Below, piece by piece: positions 11,435 through 20,846 of a DNA stretch of 64,000 nucleotides. The first letter of the stretch is position 1; the number at the start of each line of letters is the position of its first letter. This stretch comes from an uncultured cyanobacterium (GTDB lineage Bacteria > Cyanobacteriota > Cyanobacteriia > Cyanobacteriales > Nostocaceae), in contig CAVUDP010000002.1 in the NCBI GenBank assembly GCA_963740315.1, positions 2,560,001 to 2,624,000 of the forward strand. The letters are read 5' to 3'. A program made the translations under genes and the position numbers. The notes under the pieces were generated by a model. That model saw only the letters and a program-made list of their open reading frames with translations, did no database searches and was not told the origin of the DNA.

Positions 11435-11658
11435 CAGTGAACAGTGAACAGTTATCAGAATTTTGTAGCTAAATTAATAGCCCTCACTCTAGAAGAGTGG
11501 GGCTAGAAGTACAAAGCCCACCTGCGTCGGCTAAATTTTAAGTTTTACTCCCTTACCGCTCTAAAATTACCTATCTCTTTTAATCTCTTTCCTCTGCGCT
11601 CTCTGCGTCTAGTAAGGTTTTTCACTCGATAATCTTCTGCCGGGAAAGGAGTAAGGAT

Positions 11659-12264
11659 TTATTGATGACGTTTTGCCGTTTCTAGCCATTTTTTACCCAT
11701 TTCAATGGGAATACCCAAGGGCTGACAGACAATTTCAATTAACTCATTTCCTCCAGCTATTAGTATTTTTTGAACGCGAAAATTTGTCTTTATTTCTTCC
11801 CTGAATTTATTTACAAATACTTGCTTTTCATAATCAGATTTAGTTGGGTAAGTTGCTTGTAATGGTGCAAGTAATGCTTGAATTTCCTTGGCTGATTCTG
11901 TAATATTTTTCTGCTCTTCGCCGGAAAATTTCGTTTTTTGACTAGCTATTTCATCAGTTTTAACTGTGTCTGAGGTATTCGCTTTTTGACTAGCTATTTC
12001 ATCGGCTTTAGCTGTGTCTGGGATATTGGTTTTTTGACTAGCTATTTCATCAACTTTAGCTGTGTCTGGAGTATTGATTTTTAGAGTGGCTGTTTCATCA
12101 AGTTTAACTGCGTCTGGAGTATTGGTTTTTTGACTAGCTATTTCATCAACTTTAGCTGTGTCTGGGGTATTGGTTTTTTGACTAGCTGTTTCATCGGCTT
12201 TAACTCTGTCTGGTAAACTACCAACCCTGATCCGGCTTAAATCAAATTTAGGAACTTCTGACAT
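11659..12264 (-). CDS. Hypothetical protein, paralog of 12537-12899 with six 16-aa tandem repeats
   Basis: Shares MSExPKFDLSR start and C-terminal ESAKEIQ...YPTxSDYEKQVFVNKF...PLGIPIExGKKWLETAK domain. Confidence 0.85.
   Translation of the reverse strand: MSEVPKFDLSRIRVGSLPDRVKADETASQKTNTPDTAKVDEIASQKTNTPDAVKLDETATLKINTPDTAKVDEIASQKTNIPDTAKADEIASQKANTSDTVKTDEIASQKTKFSGEEQKNITESAKEIQALLAPLQATYPTKSDYEKQVFVNKFREEIKTNFRVQKILIAGGNELIEIVCQPLGIPIEMGKKWLETAKRHQ
11934..12216 (-). repeat. 48-bp intragenic tandem repeat x6
   Basis: GACTAGCT anchor at 11940, 11988, 12036, 12084 (variant), 12132, 12180. Confidence 0.92.
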
Positions 12265-12536
12265 AATAAAAATTAGATAGTAACAATTAATGCTACCATA
12301 CCAACTTTTTATTATGACAACCGTTCAAACACTGATTCACCGTAAGTAATGTATCTACTTTTGATTTGTTGCGTTTACATAATAATATTTTTATTTTGAC
12401 TTATTTCAAGCAATTATTTTTTTGCAGTAATCGTTTAGTTTTTTAAATAATTGCCCTTACTCTGGCTATGGTGGGGAACTACCAAAACAAAGCCCGCCTA
12501 TGCGCTAACGCGGGCTAAATTTTGGGTTTTTAAGGG

Positions 12537-12899
12537 TTATCGATCGGGTTTTGCTGTTTCTAACCACTTTTTACCGACTTCAATAGGAATACCCAAGGGT
12601 GGACAAAGTAACTTAATTAATTCAATTCCACCAGCCATTAATATTTCTTTAATGCGAGAGTTTGTTTTAACTTCTTCATTAAATTTATTTACAAATACTT
12701 GCTTTTCGTAGTCAGAATTAGTTGGGTAACTTGTTTTTAATTGAGTTAATAAATCTTGGATTTCCTTTGCTGATTCAGCGAGGGTTTTTTGCTCCCCGGA
12801 GATATTAATTTTTTGATGAGCAACTTGATTCCCTTGAACTGTATCCGCCACATTACCAATATTTGCCCTACTTAAATCGAATTTAGGAGTTTCTGACAT
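12537..12899 (-). CDS. Small hypothetical protein: N-terminal ANIGNVADTVQGNQ motif plus helical C-terminal domain (putative NLR partner/effector)
   Basis: 120-aa ORF; motif matches the C-terminus of the NACHT protein; hydrophobic GGIELIKLLCPPLGIPIEVG segment. Confidence 0.8.
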   Translation of the reverse strand: MSETPKFDLSRANIGNVADTVQGNQVAHQKINISGEQKTLAESAKEIQDLLTQLKTSYPTNSDYEKQVFVNKFNEEVKTNSRIKEILMAGGIELIKLLCPPLGIPIEVGKKWLETAKPDR

Positions 12900-12947
12900 A
12901 AATATAAATTAGATAGTAACAATCAATGCGATCGCATCAAAATTTTA

Positions 12948-13250
12948 TTAATTATCAGAATCAGAAAACAAAGCTTCTAAATCCCGATAACCATTAACCA
13001 CGTGAACTACATCAATTCCATCTTTTCGAGGATAATAAAGTATCAGATAGTCTTTGACTGTAAAACCTCGTAAATTAGGTGCAAGTTTTTCATAACTTTT
13101 GCCCATATTTGGAAAATCAGCAATTAATTTACATTTCTGACGAATCTCGTCAAACAATTTACTAGCGGCTTTAGCATTACTACGAGCAACATATTCACAA
13201 ACTCCATCTAAATCTTTGATTGCTTCATCTGAAAATGAATAATTGCTCAC
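12948..13250 (-). CDS. Type II toxin, RelE/ParE family
   Basis: FSDEAIKDL, FPNMG, LRGF, YLILY, VVNGYRDL; overlaps the antitoxin stop. Confidence 0.9.
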   Translation of the reverse strand: MSNYSFSDEAIKDLDGVCEYVARSNAKAASKLFDEIRQKCKLIADFPNMGKSYEKLAPNLRGFTVKDYLILYYPRKDGIDVVHVVNGYRDLEALFSDSDN

Positions 13251-13504
13251 TCTTTAGTTTCCTCAGCGATAGCACGAATTTTTGATTGCAACCGCTCAAA
13301 TACTGCTTCACCATCGGTAACATATCCATCTTTAATTTGTTGGGTGCCTAATGCTATTTTTCTTTTTACTTCTTCTAATCGATGAATTCGTTCTTCTAGC
13401 AATTTAACAGCTTCATTCATTAATTCATCTACACTATTAAATTGACCGTTAGAAATTTGCGATTCAATAAACTGCTCGTATTCGGGCTTGAAGTTAATGT
13501 TCAT
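13247..13504 (-). CDS. Type II antitoxin, ParD-like (RHH)
   Basis: MNINFKPEYEQFIESQISNGQFNSVDELMNEAVKLL...DGEAVF; 4-bp overlap with toxin. Confidence 0.88.
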   Translation of the reverse strand: MNINFKPEYEQFIESQISNGQFNSVDELMNEAVKLLEERIHRLEEVKRKIALGTQQIKDGYVTDGEAVFERLQSKIRAIAEETKE

Positions 13505-13610
13505 AAACACTTACTAGTAATAACGTTCTATTTTCTATTCTATAGAAATTTGCAGTAATTACCCAAAGCAGTCCTTAAATTGTTATCTTGCTGTAAATGG
13601 CAAACTATGT

Positions 13611-15839
13611 TTATTGTGGTGGGTTTGATTGTTGATTTCCTTGAACATTATGAGCTACATTACCAATATTTGCTCCACGCATATCGTAAGTGATTTGAGG
13701 TGGTTGTAAGTTGTTATTGTCTTCTATTGGTGGGGAACGGAATATTTCATGGTTATAAAAATTGCAACGATTTTGAATGAGTTTTAGTGCTTCGGCAACT
13801 CTCCAAAAAACACTATTTTCAGGTTCTTTTAAAAAAATATCATGTAATGCTGAAATAGCTTTTCCGTACCCTAATATTCTTAATGCTTCAGCTGCGCTCT
13901 CTCTAATATAGGATTCTTCATCTTTTAGTGCTTTTATTAAAATAGGTATTACAGATTCACTACCAATTTTGCATAATCCATTTATTGCTACATTACGAAC
14001 ACCAAAATTTTCATCGTTTAAAGCTTTATCGAATGTTTGTATTGCTTTATCGCTGCCGATTTCTTCTAAAGCTTGTATGATAGCTGTACGAACTACGAAA
14101 TTCATTGGATGTTGTGTAAATTCCGCATCATATGCTTGACATAATTCATCTACCATTAAGTCACTACCGATATCGCCTAACATTTTAGCAGCATTAAATC
14201 GAGTCATAAAATCTTGACTTTTTAAATCATCTTTGAATTTCTCTATATTCCTAAAATATTCTTCTCCATTTACACTTATTTTCTTTTTGATTTCATAAAA
14301 AGGGTTATACTCTTGTACTAAACATCCATCTTCCAAATAAATATTTGCCTGTCCGTATGCGCCAATTTCTATCATATTGTCTTCATGTCTTCGTCTTTCA
14401 TTTTTTATCTCTTCTGGCTGCTTATTCAAAAGAAAGTTCTTCTTTATTTGAGCAACTTTCAATTCACTAATAAGACTTTTTGTCTTCTCTTGAAACTCTT
14501 TTCTTACCTCTCCCGCTAACCTAGCATCCAACATCAAATCTACTTCCAACGCTAACTTTACCACTTGCAAAGCTTGAGTTTCATCTTCAACTAACCCCAA
14601 CATCAACGCTAAAGGTTCAGTCCATTTCAACAAGTTTAAATAATCGTGCTTTAACTTCTCATCGCTCAAATTGAGTAACAACCGCAGTAAATATTCCGCC
14701 GCATAATATTCTTGAAATAACTGATGATGAAATTCAATTACAACTTGTTCGGATTCTGATGTTTTACTTTCTAATAAACAATGTTTCAACAATCCGTCTA
14801 ACCATTCTTTTTTTCCAGAAAAATCTACCCTACCTTTAAGAAAATTCTCTAAAATCGCTTCCGTTTGACTGCGAGAAATTGACAATCGAAAATCTGTATA
14901 ATTTGCTTGAGGATTTTTCGGTTGCATCATCTCAAATGCGAGATATTGCAATAATTCCCCTTTCCAACGTCGCAACCCTTCTGGAATGGGAACAGTTTCT
15001 TTATCTTCTTTGAAACCATTAACTTTTCTATCAAACTGACGAAATAACTGTCCTCTATTTTTGGGGATTTTTCCATCTAATTGAAATACATCGCACAGCA
15101 TCTTCAATATCAAAGGAGTTTCCCCCAATTCCCGCAATCTATTTCCCAACTGTTGCAACATTTCCTCACCGTCTTGAGGGAAATACGTTATGACAAACTT
15201 CCGCATCTGGTTTTCTGTCAACGGTTGCATTTGCAGTTGTTTATCAATCCCTAAATTTCCCCCCACATCTAAATCACGTGTGGTAAAAATCATCGGTGTT
15301 TCGGGGTATTTTTTACGAAATTGCTTTATTTTAGTCTGTGCTTCATCTGATGGTAATTCGTTGAATCCATCTATCAACAGCAATAATTTTGCGTTACGCA
15401 ACAATTTTTTTATTTCACTAACATCAATGGACTCTTCCCCACTTTCCAAAAAATCGCAAATGAAATATTCTACAGAAGTACAAATATCCTCATCCCAGTT
15501 ACGAAGTTCTACCAAAACCGGAATTATTCGCTTCTTCCCTTGGATTATTGCTTGTGCATCTTCCCACAGCAACCGTTGTAAAGCTGTAGATTTACCCGAT
15601 CCAGGTTTCCCTATCAATAATACGTGCTTGTCAGCATATTTACGAATACCTTCCAACACGGGTAAAAGCTCTATTTCTTCCTGTTGCTTTTCTCGTTTTT
15701 GCTTTTGCACTTCTTGCACCATCAAACCAAAGTCAAAATATTCCCCATCTGTCAACGTGTAAAATTTCCACCAGCATTTATATTTGTCGCTGATGGATTG
15801 CAGATAAGTTTGAAACTCCGGATGGTTAACTGTTGCCAC
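13611..15839 (-). CDS. NACHT (STAND) NTPase with C-terminal HEAT/PBS-lyase repeats and N/Q-rich tail
   Basis: Walker A GKPGSGKST, Walker B LLLIDGFNEL, FTTR, TPLIL, FHHQLFQEYYAA; HEAT repeats; tail YDMRGANIGNVAHNVQGNQQ. Confidence 0.9.
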   Translation of the reverse strand: MATVNHPEFQTYLQSISDKYKCWWKFYTLTDGEYFDFGLMVQEVQKQKREKQQEEIELLPVLEGIRKYADKHVLLIGKPGSGKSTALQRLLWEDAQAIIQGKKRIIPVLVELRNWDEDICTSVEYFICDFLESGEESIDVSEIKKLLRNAKLLLLIDGFNELPSDEAQTKIKQFRKKYPETPMIFTTRDLDVGGNLGIDKQLQMQPLTENQMRKFVITYFPQDGEEMLQQLGNRLRELGETPLILKMLCDVFQLDGKIPKNRGQLFRQFDRKVNGFKEDKETVPIPEGLRRWKGELLQYLAFEMMQPKNPQANYTDFRLSISRSQTEAILENFLKGRVDFSGKKEWLDGLLKHCLLESKTSESEQVVIEFHHQLFQEYYAAEYLLRLLLNLSDEKLKHDYLNLLKWTEPLALMLGLVEDETQALQVVKLALEVDLMLDARLAGEVRKEFQEKTKSLISELKVAQIKKNFLLNKQPEEIKNERRRHEDNMIEIGAYGQANIYLEDGCLVQEYNPFYEIKKKISVNGEEYFRNIEKFKDDLKSQDFMTRFNAAKMLGDIGSDLMVDELCQAYDAEFTQHPMNFVVRTAIIQALEEIGSDKAIQTFDKALNDENFGVRNVAINGLCKIGSESVIPILIKALKDEESYIRESAAEALRILGYGKAISALHDIFLKEPENSVFWRVAEALKLIQNRCNFYNHEIFRSPPIEDNNNLQPPQITYDMRGANIGNVAHNVQGNQQSNPPQ

Positions 15840-15894
15840 GCACGGGTATGATATTTAACGGTATAAGTTAGATGTTACCGTAAACTATAAATAG

Positions 15895-16083
15895 ATGAAC
15901 GATAAAAAATTCAACGCAACCGAATACGTAGAGCAAACAGCGTTATTACTAGATTTTAATTTACCCGACGAATACCGCGATGGAGTTGTCGCAAATTTTG
16001 AGAGAATTCAAGTTATAGCGAAACTTGTCAATGAGTTTCCTTTACCTGAAGATATTGAAGCAGCACCAATATTTGAACCGTAA
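15895..16083 (+). CDS. DUF4089/AtzG-like small amidase partner
   Basis: YRDGVVANF...EAAPIFEP, directly upstream of an AtzE-like amidase. Confidence 0.8.
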   Translation: MNDKKFNATEYVEQTALLLDFNLPDEYRDGVVANFERIQVIAKLVNEFPLPEDIEAAPIFEP

Positions 16084-16104
16084 ATTAAACCCCAATATTA
16101 AACA

Positions 16105-17472
16105 ATGAATTTAGACTCAGCCGATGCCGGATCGATCGCAACCGCAGTAAAGCAAAAACAAATCAAAGCGGTGGATGTTGTCAAAGCTGCTTTAGATAGA
16201 ATTGCAGCCAGAGATAATCAACTCAACTGTTTTACAAACATAACTGCGGAAACTGCTTTGAAAGATGCAGCGCTCATTGATGCAGAAATTGCCAAAGGTA
16301 ATAATCCCGGTTTGTTGGCTGGTGTACCTTTCGCGGTCAAAAATCTTTACGATATCGCTGGTTTAACTACTCTTGCTGGTTCAAAAATTAATGCAGAAAA
16401 TCCTCCAGCTACTCAAGATGCAACTGCTGTAACTAAGCTAAAAAATGCCGGTGCAATTCTTGTGGGAGCGTTGAATATGGATGAGTACGCTTACGGTTTT
16501 GTTACCGAGAATTCCCATTACGGCGCTACTCACAATCCCCACGACTTGAACCGTGTAGCTGGTGGTTCATCTGGAGGTTCGGCTGCTTCCGTGGCTGCTG
16601 GTTTGGTTCCCTTAACTTTGGGTTCGGATACTAACGGTTCGATTCGGGTACCTGCGGCTTTATGCGGTGTTTTTGGTTTGAAGCCCACTTATGGAAGGCT
16701 GTCGCGGGCTGGTGTAGTGCTATTTTCCAGCAGTTTTGACCATGTTGGACCATTTGCACGTTCGGTTAGAGATATTGCAACCGCTTTCGATGTTTTGCAG
16801 GGAGAAAATGTAGAGACGTTAAATTTAACGTCTCATTTAACGTCTGTGCAAAATATTGATGGTTTGAAAATTGCGATCGCCGATGATTATTTCACCGAAA
16901 AAGCCGCACCCGAAGCGTTAGCAGCGGTACAAAAAGTTGCCGATGCGTTGAATATTACCGAACACGTTTCCATCCCAGAAGCCGATCGCGCTCGTGCTGC
17001 TGCATACATAATTACTGCTTCTGAAGGTGCAAATTTACATTTAGATAAATTAAGATCGCGTCCCCAAGATTTCGATTTCGCTACAAGAGATAGATTTATT
17101 GCTGGAGCATTTATTCCTAGTAGTTGGTATATTCAAGCCCAAAGATTTAGAAATTGGTATAAGGAAAAAGTTCGAGAAATATTTAAAAATGTAGATGTAA
17201 TTATTGCTCCAACTACACCAATTTCAGCACCAGAAATTGGACAAGAAACGATGATTTTAGACGGGGAAGAAATATTAGTTCGTCCCCATTTAGGATTATT
17301 TACTCAACCGCTATCATTTATTGGTTTACCTGTTTTATCGGTTCCAATTCAACGTGCGAATGGTTTACCTTTGGGAGTACAATTAATCGCCGCACCTTAT
17401 AACGAAATGGCGATTTTACAAGTTGCTGCGGTGTTGGAAAAAGCAGGTGTTATATCGGCAGAAGTTGTTTGA
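16105..17472 (+). CDS. AtzE family amidase (amidase signature)
   Basis: GVPFAVKNL, NMDEYAYG, GGSSGGS, GSDTNGSIRVPA, GLPLGVQL. Confidence 0.92.
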   Translation: MNLDSADAGSIATAVKQKQIKAVDVVKAALDRIAARDNQLNCFTNITAETALKDAALIDAEIAKGNNPGLLAGVPFAVKNLYDIAGLTTLAGSKINAENPPATQDATAVTKLKNAGAILVGALNMDEYAYGFVTENSHYGATHNPHDLNRVAGGSSGGSAASVAAGLVPLTLGSDTNGSIRVPAALCGVFGLKPTYGRLSRAGVVLFSSSFDHVGPFARSVRDIATAFDVLQGENVETLNLTSHLTSVQNIDGLKIAIADDYFTEKAAPEALAAVQKVADALNITEHVSIPEADRARAAAYIITASEGANLHLDKLRSRPQDFDFATRDRFIAGAFIPSSWYIQAQRFRNWYKEKVREIFKNVDVIIAPTTPISAPEIGQETMILDGEEILVRPHLGLFTQPLSFIGLPVLSVPIQRANGLPLGVQLIAAPYNEMAILQVAAVLEKAGVISAEVV

Positions 17473-17634
17473 TAAAAACCTTACTAGACACAGAGAGCGC
17501 GGAGTAAGAGAAAGAAGAGATATTACTTCGCATCCTATATAGAGTGAAGGCAATTAAGTTTGCAACAATAAAAAAGCCATTAACCAAAACATCAGTTAAT
17601 AGCTATAAATACTAAAAATTAATAATAATTTTAC

Positions 17635-18084
17635 TTACAAACCATGTTGTTGATGTACCCAAATCCAGAATTGGAATCCACCGGAAACCATAATATCAGT
17701 CCAATCATCGAATAATTCTTGATGCACGCCAGGTTTTAGATGCAAGTGTTGTTCGAGTATTACTATAGCAAGAGTTTCGTCAGCAGTAATTCTGATATCA
17801 AGAAAGGCTTTGGGAAAACGCTTCTCTTTATTCCAGTCATTACATAAAGACATTACACGTTCCCATTCTTCTTTGGAAATGCGCTTATTAGAAATGAGTC
17901 TAACAGAATAAACACCTTCTTGAGGACCTTCTGCACAAAAAATTAGAATGATTTCACATCCTATTTCTTCTTGGTAGGGAAGCTGCACCACAAAATCGCC
18001 GTCATCGTCAGTCGTAAATCGCAATCCTTTGTTACTTAGATAGCTTTCTATTACGCTACGGTCGAAGTTTTTAACTGTAGCCAT
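17635..18084 (-). CDS. YbjN-like domain protein
   Basis: 149 aa; DDDGD near the N-terminus, CNDWNKEKRFPKA pattern. Confidence 0.65.
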   Translation of the reverse strand: MATVKNFDRSVIESYLSNKGLRFTTDDDGDFVVQLPYQEEIGCEIILIFCAEGPQEGVYSVRLISNKRISKEEWERVMSLCNDWNKEKRFPKAFLDIRITADETLAIVILEQHLHLKPGVHQELFDDWTDIMVSGGFQFWIWVHQQHGL

Positions 18085-18373
18085 ATTAGAGTTGGTTAAT
18101 TGTGGTTATACCTTATTATATAATTTTAAAAATACTTGTTAAGCATAGAAAATACGTGGATTCACTTAACTTTTTGATTTAGAACGAAAATACTGTATTT
18201 CTCAAAACTTTTGAAGTTTAAAAGCTACAAAATACTGTTTTATTGATTCATATTTACTTCTATAGATAATTACTTATTATACATTTATCTATAGACTAAT
18301 CTAAACAAACTTTTGTCTAAATTGTTATCTTAAAAACAATATTATTAAACGGCAATTTGATTAATACTATTAT

Positions 18374-18880
18374 TTATACATCTGAAAAACTTGCTGGATA
18401 AATCACCTTACCATTATATCTACGTTGATAATTTGCTAGAGTTTTTACCATAAAAGCATCTTCAGGTACGGAAAATGTCGATTCTATACCAAAATCAATT
18501 GAAGTTTTAAATCCAAAACGAGAATAAAACTGAGGATGCCCTAATACAATAACTAAAGTTTCTCCTAATACATTTGCTTGAATCAAACCAGCATTTACCA
18601 AGGCGCTACCGATTCCTTGCTTTTGAAAATCTGGATGAACTGAAGCGGGAGCTAAACCTAAAACCTGAAATGTTTCTTCGCCGACTAATTTAATATAGCT
18701 AAACATTATATGAGCGACTACAGAATTGTTTATTTCTGCTACTAATGTCAGTTCCGATATATAGTATGGAGAATTACGAATTCTTTCAACAAGCAATGCT
18801 TCTTCATCTCGACCAAAAGCTAATTTATTAACAAGTGCGATCGCGTTTGTATCAGATGGTGTTTCAGGACGAATATTCAT
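18374..18880 (-). CDS. GNAT N-acetyltransferase (YhbS-like)
   Basis: MNIRPET, LAPASVHPDFQKQGIGSAL, VLGHPQFYSRFGF. Confidence 0.9.
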   Translation of the reverse strand: MNIRPETPSDTNAIALVNKLAFGRDEEALLVERIRNSPYYISELTLVAEINNSVVAHIMFSYIKLVGEETFQVLGLAPASVHPDFQKQGIGSALVNAGLIQANVLGETLVIVLGHPQFYSRFGFKTSIDFGIESTFSVPEDAFMVKTLANYQRRYNGKVIYPASFSDV

Positions 18881-19005
18881 TACACAACAATTATCAATGA
18901 ACAATTATCAATTGCTATAAGGCACGAATGCATATAAATTATCTTTGTCATACCTTATAGACTTACGATCTTCCTAGCCAAAAAATCTCAATCTGCAATA
19001 ATGAT

Positions 19006-19299
19006 ATGCGCGATCGCGATCCGCTAGCGACGTTTACTCGTGCTTCTGTTGCTTTGAATCAATTTAACTTAGCTTATCTGCATATTTTAGAAGCCCTTCC
19101 GGGACATATGTTAAGTGGCTGTGCAAAATTATTTGTGTCATTGCGAGCGACAGCGAAGCAATCGCAACACTTTGAGATTGCTTCGTTTCACTGCATTCCA
19201 CTCGCAATGACAAATGCACAGTTAATTTTGCCTAAGTACTTAGCAGCAGAAGCAGAGCCGCGAGTTAGTCCTCATCGGTGTATTCATGGTAACGAGTAG
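19006..19299 (+). pseudogene. Fragment of alkene reductase (OYE) carrying an in-frame MITE
   Basis: DPLATF...LNQFNLAYLHILEALPGHML|AAEAEPRV resembles DSNPQATF...LAYVHLME of the intact OYE at 54414; rest of gene absent. Confidence 0.7.
19112..19242. mobile_element. ~127-bp MITE with TA duplication and internal GTCATTGCGAG...CTCGCAATGAC palindrome
   Basis: TA at 19112-13 and 19241-42; ends AGTGGCTGTGCAAAATTA / TAATTTTGCCTAAGTACT form an imperfect inverted repeat. Confidence 0.8.
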
Positions 19300-19408
19300 G
19301 GAACAGGGAACAGTAGATTTAAAACCTCTAACATGCAGACCTTTGACCTTCGACCTTTAACCTATAAAGTAAAAAGTAGTCCACTTTACTTTTAGATAAA
19401 AATCATCA

Positions 19409-19816
19409 ATGATATTTTCAGGAACAAAACCGGATAACTTGGGTGTAAACAACGGTAAATTAGCAGATTGTCCCAACTCCCCAAACTGCGTTTCTTCTCA
19501 AAGTCCAAGTTCGGATGAGACTCACTTTATCCAACCGCTGAAGTACAGTTCCACATCAGAAAAAGCTTTAACCGATCTTAAAGCTGTTATTGAATCGGAA
19601 GCTAGAACCAAGATAATTAAGGAATCGTCGGATTATTTGTATGCAGAATTCAAGAGTGCTTTGATGGGGTTTGTGGATGACGTGGAATTTTATCTAGACA
19701 GCACCAATACTATCCACGTGCGATCGGCTTCTCGGTTGGGACAAAGCGATTTAGGTGTTAACCGCAAACGGGTAGAAACAATTAGAACTAAGTTTAACCA
19801 GATGCAAGGTAGTTGA
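19409..19816 (+). CDS. DUF1499 family protein
   Basis: CPNSPNCVSSQ, GFVDDVEF, RSASRLGQSDLGVNRKR. Confidence 0.9.
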   Translation: MIFSGTKPDNLGVNNGKLADCPNSPNCVSSQSPSSDETHFIQPLKYSSTSEKALTDLKAVIESEARTKIIKESSDYLYAEFKSALMGFVDDVEFYLDSTNTIHVRSASRLGQSDLGVNRKRVETIRTKFNQMQGS

Positions 19817-19916
19817 AAATATCTGTTTAAAACCAAAGACGCGATATAGCGATATATCGATATAAACATAAACCCGATATATGGATATAGACGCGATATA
19901 TCGCGTCTCTACATTA

Positions 19917-20837
19917 TTATTCAGATAAACCAATAAATCTTCCATGCCATAAATTGCCGTTTTCCGTTATCCCCAAACATCTAACCGTAATTTTGACGCT
20001 TCCGGGTTTCTCTGTATGACGACGGATGATTTTACCCATATCTTTGAGGGAAAATCCAGTCCCCACAGAACCACGCGGTATTAATTTATCTTCAATTTCT
20101 TGAGCGACGATCGCAGCACTAAAGGGTCTTCCGGTACCTTTTACTAAAGTTAAATCCGTAATTACTAAGTCTAATTCCAAACAATATTTTGTCCGTAACA
20201 TTGCCTGATTATGATTATCTTTCCCACCGATATAAATACAGTTTTTGAGTACCCAAATTTCCCCTTCTCTTGCTGACGATGCTTGTTTTGATGCTAATTC
20301 TGCTTTTTCTTCTTGACTTCTAGCTGTAGGTATTATTTCAAAAAAATCTGTTCTCAAATGCTTACCAATTTCTTCTCCAACGGTAATTCTTTCTGCTTCT
20401 GTTGCGATCGTTAAATCTTTTTGAGAAAACCACAAAGCTTTGAAAATCGCGTATATCGGTGTGGGCGGAGTTATTGTTCCAAGATTACCATTAATAGTAG
20501 CAGCTTGGGCGGCGGTACGATGTTCGCTTCCCGTCACCGAAGGGTAGTACAATTCGCCATCTAAAATAAATGTCCCCAACTCGATCGCAGCTTGCACTAA
20601 AGCTTGGTTTATTTCTTCGCAAGGTTGGCGTTTCATTTTTTGCGATCGCGATTGATAGTAAACTTTATCCGGTGTTGCAATTACAATTAACCTGCTACCA
20701 TCGCGTTTCGGCTGTCCCCAGTACTCGGCTGAATTAATATAGTAAGAGCGTTCCATCGGAGCATCAACAGCCTGCATCGTTTGAACGCATCCCGGTTGCA
20801 AATGCGATGGTAATTCAAATATATTATCTAGTTTCAT
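19917..20837 (-). CDS. Minimal ATP-dependent DNA ligase-like protein (adenylation + OB domain)
   Basis: Motif I KRDGSR, motif III FILDGEL, motif IV EGEIWV, OB-fold GSVGTGFS. Confidence 0.75.
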   Translation of the reverse strand: MKLDNIFELPSHLQPGCVQTMQAVDAPMERSYYINSAEYWGQPKRDGSRLIVIATPDKVYYQSRSQKMKRQPCEEINQALVQAAIELGTFILDGELYYPSVTGSEHRTAAQAATINGNLGTITPPTPIYAIFKALWFSQKDLTIATEAERITVGEEIGKHLRTDFFEIIPTARSQEEKAELASKQASSAREGEIWVLKNCIYIGGKDNHNQAMLRTKYCLELDLVITDLTLVKGTGRPFSAAIVAQEIEDKLIPRGSVGTGFSLKDMGKIIRRHTEKPGSVKITVRCLGITENGNLWHGRFIGLSE

Positions 20838-20846
20838 GTTTTTTAT

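Noticed and set aside
11934..12216. 48-bp periodic repeat as a CRISPR array
   Set aside because: Contiguous in-frame coding repeats with codon-level variation and no spacers
15190..15762. Long antisense ORFs (also 47961-48398, 51714-52364, 28282-28713)
   Set aside because: Shadows of well-supported genes on the opposite strand
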